DNA of 64,000 bases, taken from NCBI GenBank assembly GCA_023231475.1, contig JALJEE010001258.1:62001-126000 (forward strand), given 5' to 3'. The notes under the pieces were generated by a model. That model was not told the origin of the DNA and did not search any database. It was given only the letters and a program-made list of their open reading frames with translations. The position numbers and the translations under genes were made by a program. This stretch comes from Seison nebaliae (taxonomy: Eukaryota). Below are positions 54,773 through 64,000 of this stretch, one piece after another. Position 1 is the first letter of the stretch. Each line of letters begins with the position of its first letter.

Positions 54773-57653
54773 ATGAGTGATGGTGAATTCCAGATAAATC
54801 GTACAGAATCAGATATTTTCGTTGATTCCATCTGGTTGGACGACGGTCAATTAATCGAAGATCATCAACACACCATCAATTATCCGAATTTGTTGATATC
54901 GAATCCGATAAATTATGTGAATGTTCCCGGAAACAAATCGACGAAAAATAAAAGTAAATTCGATTCCTCCACTCATCATCCCCCATACAACGAGTGTATA
55001 CAATTATCATATGTGAAAATCGTTGGAAACGGTTTCTATTCGAACAATAGTGTCATCGCTGAACAATTGGCGAAACGATCATCAAATGAACCGTTAGAAT
55101 TCCTCACATTTAACGCGGGAAAACATTTGTACACGTATCCTTATCATACCATTTTGGACGAGCAACGAGAACGTGTTGAGGAAGGTGACGAAAATATTTC
55201 CTTCATCGATCATCGAGTATTCAAAAATACCACTCCCACATGTCACACGATTATCGAACGATTCGATTCGAAAACCGTTTCGGAAGAAAAAAGTCATTTG
55301 GAAATTTTGGTGGGAACGTCGACGGGCGAATGTTATTTAATCAATGTATCGAATCGAGAAGATCCATTCGTTTTCAATCGATCTGCCATCATCGATAATA
55401 ATCGAGTGGTGAAAGTGGAATTTATTCCGAAAACGAACGGTGATCTCTTTCTCGCCGCTTATTCATCAGGAAATGTTTATTTGTGTTCGAGATATCTGAC
55501 CGATTCGAATCCGTTAGATGAATTGTGTATACCATCAATGATGATAAATGCCAATTCGGATGGAGGAGATGATAAGAAAAATAATTTTCTCTCCTCCTCA
55601 TATTTCCGTGCAGTCCAATCACATTATAGTCACATTAATGGAAATGGTAAGAATAATGACGATTATCGTTTCATGCGATTATTATTTAAAAAAAAAAAAA
55701 AAAAAGAAAAATTTTCAAAATATTTCACCAATTTGAGAATGGGTAGTGGAAATAGAACAAAAAAGGGGAAAATCACCTGTCAATCCAATACCATCACCAC
55801 CACCGTTCCCAATACCACCCTCACCACCAATAATACATCTAGTCGAGAGAGTATGTATAAAATGATTCGGAGTCATCTGATCGAGAAGAAGATGCACAAA
55901 AGAACAAGAAAGGAACAGGAAATCGAAGAATTCGTCAATTTGGGATGTAAAACGAAATTTCTCGTTCTCTCCAAAATTCGTTCATGTTTCTGCTATTTCG
56001 ACGTGTGTATTCCCATCACCAATCTTTTACCATTCCATCAGATACTCTTCACTTACTCCAATTCACTCCAACATTCCTCCAACGGTAAAACGACTTTCGA
56101 CATCGATTTCACTTCCTGTGCCAATTCCTCCACATCATCCTATTCGACCACTTCCTCTTTCTCCGTTATTTCCGCTACGAAAGATAAACGGCATTCATCC
56201 ACCGAAGCTGATACTTCGGGTTGTTCGTCAACCTCTACCACTTTTTCGTCGAGTGGTCGAGGTGTCAATCCGCCCGAAGACATTCATTCGTCTATGGAAG
56301 TTCTTTTCGAATATCTCCAATCGGATGATTTCATTGAGACGTATTCGTCAAAAAACAGAACGCGAACGGAAAACGACGAAATCATCAAATTCTCCAATCC
56401 CATCTATTGTGTGCGATTGGTGAATATGGGAAATTATGAGAAATTGATGGATCATTTAATGAAAAAAAATGAGAAACCATCAGATGATAATAATGATGAT
56501 TTAATTCATATAATTCATGAGAATTATTTAGAGAAAAGAAATTTTCATTTTCATCCGAAAGATTTCATGAAACATCTCTCACATCCACTTATCGATCAAT
56601 TGTCGTTATTTCAGACAAATCAAACGGAAGTGAACGATATGAAATTGATCGAAATGAACGACACTAGTCATCTCATCGCATTTACTTTGAGTGACGGATG
56701 GTTGAAGATCATTCAATTTCCATCACTTCTACCATATTTCGCTCATCGATCCTTCTTCTCCATTTTCACGTCGATTGACGTCAGTTCTGATCGTCGACTC
56801 ATCATCGTTGGCAGTCGAGCGGATATCATTTCAATTTTTGATCTCCATCAAAAACGTCTCCTCACCAGAGGTTATGGTCACTGCTCATGGATTAATCACG
56901 TCACATTCGATAATTATTATCCATTCGCTGATCACAATTATCGAATCATCAGTGTGGGAGATGATGCTCAATTATGTGTATGGAATTATCGTCGATCGAA
57001 TGAAATCGATCAATCCGATCAAGTGATCGTGTCGAAAGAGATGGAAAATGTCTCACTTCAATACCATCGTCTCGTCACGTATTTATTGGATTCCATCACC
57101 AACGTCAATGAGGAGACGAATGGAATACAAAAAATGATTTATCGATTTCAAATCGTCTCGTATTTGTTGGAGGAGATGAGTCAATTGTTCGATTTGAACG
57201 ATCTCAACAGAATCAGATGGAAACGAATTATCGGCAGTTCTTTCTGTCCCAACGATGTTGAGGTGATCGTACCCAAATACAAATTCTCCTCCACTAATCT
57301 CCATTATCTGAATCATGTACTATGTCTCAATCAAACCATCATCGTCTGTGATCAGTGGGGGAAGGTGAGTTCATGGATACGTGGTAATTCGATTTCCGTT
57401 TCATCCATAGAAAAACCTGAAGTTTATTATTTCTTATTAAATATCATTTTAAAATTAATATTTTTATTTTAAAATTAATATTTTCTTTAATTAGATTTCT
57501 AACGATGAACAACAACAACAACAACAACAACAACTCATTAATCATAACAACAATAACAAGAATTGTTCGAACGGTGTCGACAGTGACATGAATTCGTTGA
57601 GAATTCATGAGAAGTTGATCGAATCAAAATTCTCATCAACCACCACTAAATAA
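54773..57653 (+). CDS. WDR20: WDR20/DMWD-family WD40 protein (USP12/46 activator), divergent with large insertions, 2 exons
   Basis: FNAGKHLYTYPY, IDHRVFKNTTPTCH, FNRSAIIDNNRV, LFLAAYSSGNVY, RGYGHCSWINHVTFDNY, YRIISVGDDAQLCVW. Confidence 0.85.
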
Positions 57654-58263
57654 TTAGATGTTTAATCAATAATGTTCGGATTGGAGTGTAAACGATGAAT
57701 TTTTTTTTACTTATTCCATTTCCTCTCCCCATTTCTACCACATCCTCCTCTTCTCATCGTTTCAGTGTGAATGTGTCAGTGTTTGTGCAGTGTGTGGAGA
57801 TTGTGTGGAGAGAGGGATGCATCAAATCAAAAACAATTCAAATCAATATTCGAAGAACGAATTCATTATTTATAAATATATTTTTAAAGTTTTCTCTTCA
57901 ACACCATCATCTTTATGGGAAATATCATCCTTATCTCCGTCAACATGAGGAAATGTGCAGTTGTTGATCGATCGGGATACATTTTAACTTTTTATAAATG
58001 TTTTTCCTTATTTCTTCTTTTTCCAATTTTCGAGAGTTTCAATAAAAATTAAAAATTTCAAATCCAATTCACTTTTTCACTTCAATTTCGATTTTGCACT
58101 TCCAGTGCACAAAACTATAAATACGAAGATCAATTGTTGAAAAAAGAGTAGGAGTAGAAAAAATCGAAAAAATATTATTTTCATATTCCAAATTTAGTTG
58201 TTTAGTTGTTTCGTTCGACTATCGTGTCTCCACAAATAATATTCCCCATCACATCATTCGAAT

Positions 58264-59352
58264 ATGAATCGTTATCCACAATCATCAGGTCGTCAACGAA
58301 CTTTCATTCGTCGAGGTAACTTAACTCGTCAACGTGTGGTTCAGCCCCGTCGACTCAATCCGTTGGTGGTCACCAATCTTCCAGAGAGTGAACATCGAAA
58401 CATTTTGAATTCGTTAAGAGCGACCGTTCCCGGTAATCAACGATTACCATCACCTCCCAATAACGACGCAACACCGGAAACACCAACAATTCGATTACAA
58501 CAACCAACATTCGCTTCTCCCCTAAACTTCACTCGGCCGCCCACTATGTTAGAGCAGCAACTTCCACCCAGTCCACTCGTGCAAACTCAGTACGGAACGG
58601 CCGTTAATGGCCTCACATCTAATCCGAGTGTAGATCAGCGATATCTCTTCTTCTTTCCAGGTAGACAATTCACCAGTTATCCTGATCCAGCGATGAATTC
58701 GAATGCCAATCGACAACCGGGGAATAGTGGAGATGCCCGGCAATTGAGGGATCCTGATATCCAGATGGAAAATGATCCTACCAACGACCTCTCTCAATTG
58801 CCGGAAACACACCCCACTATCTCCTTCACCGCTGGTAACCACGTCGCGCCCATCCACCTTCAACGACAAACGAACATGATGAACAATTTACATTTACTTT
58901 CCACTTTGCACGGGAGGAGATCCCACAATTTTCTCCAACCTCCCGTCTTACAAGGTCGACACGCTTCATTTGTGAATATGCACAATGCCTCATTTGCTGC
59001 CCACACCTCCTTTGATCATCAACCACATTATCGTCTCAGCGATGACATCATGTTGGATGATCCGTTGGCTATCCAAGCCGTTGGTCCGGTTCGAATGGAA
59101 GCTGATTCGTCTGAAGATATTCTCCAACAAATTCCTGACAATAGAACATATAACGATTGTGGAATTGTGCGAGAAGAGAAAACTGCCATCAATCGACGTG
59201 ATGACGAAGAGAATGACATTGTAACGATATTGGATGGAGCGTTAAAGGAGAAAGAACAGAATCGGATACCGAATGATATCGAAGAAATCAGCAAACGACT
59301 CATCACCGTCACTCGTGCACTCTCGTCGATAAAACGACGCCGTTTCTTATGA
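58264..59352 (+). CDS. Uncharacterised 362-aa Pro/Gln/Asn-rich, probably disordered protein, intronless
   Basis: Long ATG-initiated ORF with coding-like composition; TATAAATA near 58117; basic C-terminus KRRRFL; no recognisable domain. Confidence 0.75.
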   Translation: MNRYPQSSGRQRTFIRRGNLTRQRVVQPRRLNPLVVTNLPESEHRNILNSLRATVPGNQRLPSPPNNDATPETPTIRLQQPTFASPLNFTRPPTMLEQQLPPSPLVQTQYGTAVNGLTSNPSVDQRYLFFFPGRQFTSYPDPAMNSNANRQPGNSGDARQLRDPDIQMENDPTNDLSQLPETHPTISFTAGNHVAPIHLQRQTNMMNNLHLLSTLHGRRSHNFLQPPVLQGRHASFVNMHNASFAAHTSFDHQPHYRLSDDIMLDDPLAIQAVGPVRMEADSSEDILQQIPDNRTYNDCGIVREEKTAINRRDDEENDIVTILDGALKEKEQNRIPNDIEEISKRLITVTRALSSIKRRRFL

Positions 59353-59593
59353 AATGACCAGACAAGCAACGCCTCCGCATTTTAACCAATGAATTGGAGT
59401 GATGAACGAAACCATCGTGATGGAAATGAGCTATTTTCATATTCTCACTCTAAAAACGGACAAATCTATGTGAAATTGACCATCAGTTTTAACATGACAA
59501 ATACACTTTTTTTTATCATTCACCAGAAAAAGAAAAAATTTTGGAAATTCAAATAAATTGTTTCTCCCCTCTCGAAACTTCCATTCTGTTATA

Positions 59594-61633
59594 ATGTTCC
59601 GATTAATTTCACTTCTTTCCCTTTTCATTGGTTCGATATGGATGGTAGAATTACATCTCTATACTCGATCTAATCGGAATTCTTTCGTAAAAGTCTCATT
59701 GTCCGATTATCAGAGGTTATCAGTCTTATCATTATGATTTATTTATAATTATTCAATATATTTATAATTTCTCCAGTTCCTCCAATTATCGCTCATTCTC
59801 GAAACTTTATATGATCATTCATGGATACACCAACAAGCCGACAGAGAGCTGGTTAATCAGAATTAAAAACGAATTATTATCTGCTGTTATTATTATTTTT
59901 TTAATCATATCAAATCTCTGCTGGGTAAATTATAAAGAAAAGATAACTCCTTAATGGAGTTATTTAAAATAAGATTCCTACTCGTCGCAGATGTGTCTTT
60001 GAGTGGTTGAGGAATATATTAAAATCAAATTTTCATATCAGAGATAATGTCTCATCAAGTGAGATCGGATAGTTAATTTAGTAATAACGGCAGAAGAATT
60101 AGAGAGGCGAGGAGATTGTGTATACGTTGGAACTGGAAGAGTCGAATCAACTACTTTCAGATACCTCTACATCAGGAATAACGGTAAAGGAGTCAATTCA
60201 CAAATGGTGAACATAAATACTTTATTGAAAGACTTATGACAATCGAACATCATCCGAACATTTCTATTATATGTACGATCAAATCATCGTAATGATTTTT
60301 CGGTATTGAAACTGGCAACCCATAAAAGTCACAACAGTAACACACGAACAATTTAAAACTTCAATTTAAGAAAAAAAAACTTGGAACGATGATGGAATGA
60401 GTAGCAAGATTTTTACTATAATTTTTACTTGGAAAATAATTTACATCTTACTCGATCTGCTAATGCTGCAACTTCTCTTCGAGTCAATCTGACATCGAAG
60501 GAAGCACACTTGTTCCAATTTTTCCAAATCATAACCAAATAGAAATCTTGAAATATTCGAGAAAATTGACCATTTACTCTGATTACATATGATTCCTACA
60601 CTCATTATTAACCGATTATTAATGAATTCAATAATATTTTTTCATTGCTCCATCAGAATCTGCATATGCAATAACTAGAGGGAATATATTCTCATTTTGT
60701 ATTTATTATTATTATTCTTCTCATTTTGTGCATTATTCGTACGTTATTGTCCATTATTTGCAGGAGGATGCAAATGTCATCATTGTCGATTGGTCAGCGA
60801 AAGCGCGATCTCCTTATTCGTCGGCTGCGAAGAATGTGAAAGGTGAAGCAGATATTGTCGGCGCGAAAATTCCGGTATACGCTGCGCAAAAATTACATTG
60901 TATCGGATTCTCTTTAGGTGCGCACTTTTGTGGTTTTATCGGAAAGAAAGTGAAATCAGTGAAACATTTGACGATCCCAAGAATCACCGGACTCGATCCG
61001 GCCGGTCCCGCTTACAAGAATCGTCCGGTCAATTCTCGTTTGGATAAAACGGACGCGCAATTCGTCGACATTATGCACACGAGTGTCATGTACGGTATTT
61101 TCACACCGATCGGTCATCAGGACTTTTATGTGAATGGGGGACAAAACCAGCACGGTTGTGGTATGTTTAAACGTCGATCGACGAGTGACATGACTTCATT
61201 CTCCACATTTGACGACATCACACAAACCGTGGACAACGAAGACAACGCTTTCCTTGACGAAGTGATAACGGGTGAGAATTTTAAAAATATTTTTATTTTG
61301 CAAAAAAAATTTTTAAATTTTAAAATTGAAATTCCATTCAGGACGTGCCGGAATCAGTTGTTCACATTCGAAAGCGTACAAATATTATACGGAATCGATC
61401 GTTCATCGAAATGACAAAAATTGTCAATTCAATTCCTTCAAATGTGATTCGTGGGGTTAATATGAAATCATCATCATTTCCATCATCATTTCTCGTCAGT
61501 TCACTATTCGAAGGATTGCAATAGATCGCCATGTTCGAATTGTCCGAAAATGGGTTATGGTTTATCGGCACGACATTGGACGGATGGAATGTATTATGTG
61601 GAGACATCGTCGACCGCACCTTACTGCACTTAG
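59594..61633 (+). CDS. Secreted pancreatic-lipase/PLA1-family lipase without PLAT domain. Introns 59716-59776, 59886-60763, 61272-61341, 61456-61499
   Basis: Signal MFRLISLLSLFIG; MIIHGY, ANVIIVDW; catalytic motifs HCIGFSLGAH, ITGLDPAGP, CSH; ends ETSSTAPYCT*. Confidence 0.9.
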
Positions 61634-62460
61634 AGATAGGGCAAATTGTGCAGTGCATCATCCGAACGCCGACGATAAGTAATGTGAATCGGCTGCTCCT
61701 TCCGCCATAAAGCTAAAGCGACGAATTGTAACGTATGATCTTTTCCCAACAATTGTTTCTCACAACACAAATCGATGAGACGATGTTGTGTCATGTCACT
61801 CAACGTCAATTTAGCGATCAATTTCTTCAATTGTGTCACTGTGGCGTGTGTGGAGCAAACGATAGACTTTCCATTTATTTTACTCATTAAAATTAATTTA
61901 TCTTCATTTTCCCGATTCTCTTCCTGTTGCATGAGATGTAATTGAATGAGAATTTGAGAGATATCCGCTCGATGGAGATCACCTTTCAAATCGTCATCTG
62001 TTGTCAAATTTCCCGCTTCTAACGGTTGTTGTGACATGGCTAATTGACTCGTTTCGCCGCCCGTACTTTCCATCAGACAACGACGCCATTCCTCCTCCAA
62101 TGTCTGAGGCAATTTCATTCCATTCGATTCATAATAATGAACTTGTCGTTCTAATTCGTCTCGTTCGAGTGTTGGGAGAAGTTTGAAGATGATTTGTTGA
62201 AAAGTTCGATCGAATCGAATATAATGCATCGGATGTGATTCGTGAATGATCTCGTCACAATTCGGACAGAAATTATTCTCATTCAAATGATTGACGATGC
62301 AACTCTTGCAGAATGTGTGCAGACATTCACTGATCGTCCACGGATCGATAATATATCCATGACACAATTCACAAACGATGTGACGATGGAGATCAGTGAG
62401 ACATGCCACCGAAGACGTCACTAGATCACGTAGTTTCTCATCGTTCTCACCTCGATTCAT
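61630..62460 (-). CDS. PCGF3: Polycomb group RING finger protein 3/5-like (RING plus RAWUL)
   Basis: CELCHGYIIDPWTISECLHTFCKSCIV...CPNC..IIHESHP..IRFDRTFQQI; RAWUL ATVTQLKKLIA...LLGKDHTLQFV. Confidence 0.93.
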   Translation of the reverse strand: MNRGENDEKLRDLVTSSVACLTDLHRHIVCELCHGYIIDPWTISECLHTFCKSCIVNHLNENNFCPNCDEIIHESHPMHYIRFDRTFQQIIFKLLPTLERDELERQVHYYESNGMKLPQTLEEEWRRCLMESTGGETSQLAMSQQPLEAGNLTTDDDLKGDLHRADISQILIQLHLMQQEENRENEDKLILMSKINGKSIVCSTHATVTQLKKLIAKLTLSDMTQHRLIDLCCEKQLLGKDHTLQFVALALWRKEQPIHITYRRRSDDALHNLPYL

Positions 62461-63305
62461 CGATAACACATTTCCTTATCGTCTTCTTCTTCTGTCTCTC
62501 TTTCACAACTTTGTGGTAAATGAGTGGACTCTTTTCCTTAATCTCCTTGAAGGAAATTGAAGAAACAAACTCTCATTTTCAATTTTTTCTCTTTCTCTTT
62601 GTCTCTCCTTCATTAGAGGGTGATTTTAAACAATTGTCTTTTGACCTGTCTCTTCCAAATCCCAGGCTCAATTGTGGCATAATTCTCTCAACTATTTTTC
62701 AATTTAAAATCAATCATTAAAATCGTCTAGAGAATATTTCCTCATTCTCATTTGTTCCAGGTGAATTGCACGTAAAAAAATACAAATACAAAAATTGCAG
62801 GTAAAATTTTGTTGAGTCATTTTCTAAAATTTCTTATGATTTAAAAGATTTATTTTGTTTATGAAGAAATGTTTGAGAACATCTTTCGCATAACGAGTAG
62901 TGCTAAGAGAAATTATATCGAATTAAATCGATTGGCGGTGAGGACATTGAGTGTTGGATGGGAAACATCTGTTGTTATACACAAAACTTCCTCGTTTCCA
63001 AAGGAATGTTCAATTGAACAAGATGATGATAATGATGTCTCTCTTTTCTTTAGGAGAAGAAGGGAGGGAATGGTGAGAAGAGAAATAAAAAGGAATTGGA
63101 TAAGGAATTTATAAAAAAAGGAAGAGAATTCATCTCACCGACAAAAAAAAGATTGTTCAATTAGAATTTTATTTTTCGTATTTCTTTTTGTTTTGTTTCG
63201 TCTCATTCTACTTAATTGGACGAGAAGAATTGGAGAATTGTAAGAGATTTTCATTTTCATTTCTTTTCTTTTTTTTCCATTTGTCAAAAAAAGATTTCGA
63301 TTACC

Positions 63306-64000
63306 ATGATACCAGCCATCTTCTGCCGACTCATCATCCTATTCGTTGGAACAGTTTATCCAGCGTATGGATCGTTCAAATCAATTCGAAAAGGACAATC
63401 TGTCAACAATCAAAATGGTATTCGTCAATGGGTCATGTATTGGATCATCTTTGCACTCTGGTCATCAGCTGAATATTTTACGGACATCTTCTTCAGTTGG
63501 TTAGTGAATCATCATTCTAATTTTCATCTTTCCCTCCTATCCCATTCAGGTTGCCGTTGTATTATGAGTGTAAAATCTTGTTCGTTTGTTGGCTCGTCTC
63601 CCCGTTGACATTAGGCGCTAAATATCTCTATCAGAAATATCTGCATAATCTCCTCATGACCAAAGAGAAAGTTCTTTCCCTTTCTCTTTTCATTTATTAT
63701 TTTTCTTCTCATTAAGGAGATCGATAATTTGTTAGCACAAATGCAAATCGTTGGTACTCAAGCTCTCTTCGACTTCTGCACGAAAGCCTTCGACAACATC
63801 TATAGTCTCATCGTTAAAAATGCTCTCGGCGTTCGTCCTTTTCATTCCTTTTTTTATCTTCATTCCACCCCCTTCATTCACAGTTGACACCTACTATCAA
63901 TAACGCCCCTCCCAAATCAACAGAACTAGCCACGGGAGTTGGAGATAAGAAAAATCAATCAAAATCTGTCCATATTATCGACGCTCCAATTGATAATCGG
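63306..64000 (+). CDS. REEP: REEP1-4-like receptor expression-enhancing protein (TB2/DP1/HVA22), 3'-incomplete
   Basis: CRLIILFVGTVYPAYGSFK, WVMYWIIFA, FSW|LPLYYECKILFVCWL.SP, KEK|EID; three GTT..AG introns. Confidence 0.92.

Noticed and set aside
1..64000. Alternative genetic code or stop-codon readthrough to explain broken ORFs
   Set aside because: Breaks in conserved genes are resolved by short GT..AG introns; TAA, TAG and TGA all act as true stops; multi-kb ORFs are open in the standard code
1..64000. U12-type (AT-AC or GTATCCTT) introns; tRNA, rRNA or snRNA genes
   Set aside because: No U12 donor among reconstructed introns; no RNA gene recognised by eye (a covariance-model search was not possible)

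Overview
AT-rich, gene-dense genomic DNA from an animal with a compact genome, possibly a spiralian (taxon is inference only). It uses the standard genetic code and has many short introns (mostly 43-65 nt). About 18 protein-coding genes can be reconstructed: ITPR (5'-incomplete), GIPC, DPH5, a prokineticin/astakine-like secreted peptide missed by the ORF track, DMXL/rabconnectin-3alpha, LETM1, a secreted acidic protein, a CBM14/EGF protein, a FERM-like orphan, GTF2H2, PPIL2, an HMG-box gene, ARID3/dead ringer, WDR20, an orphan, a lipase, PCGF3 and REEP (3'-incomplete). There are also two minisatellites and two fold-back elements. The strongest unusual signal is in splicing. About 42 of the 47 introns I could reconstruct start with GTT (pyrimidine at +3) instead of the usual GTA/GTG, GTTAGT is the most recurrent donor, and AAG acceptors are common. 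In DPH5 a textbook G|GTGAGT site appears to be read through as exon. This suggests a lineage-specific shift in 5' splice-site recognition. Other notable points are overlapping stop codons of the convergent lipase/PCGF3 genes, an X-box upstream of the FERM-like orphan, and a long lipase lid containing KRR. All gene models are manual and lack transcript support.
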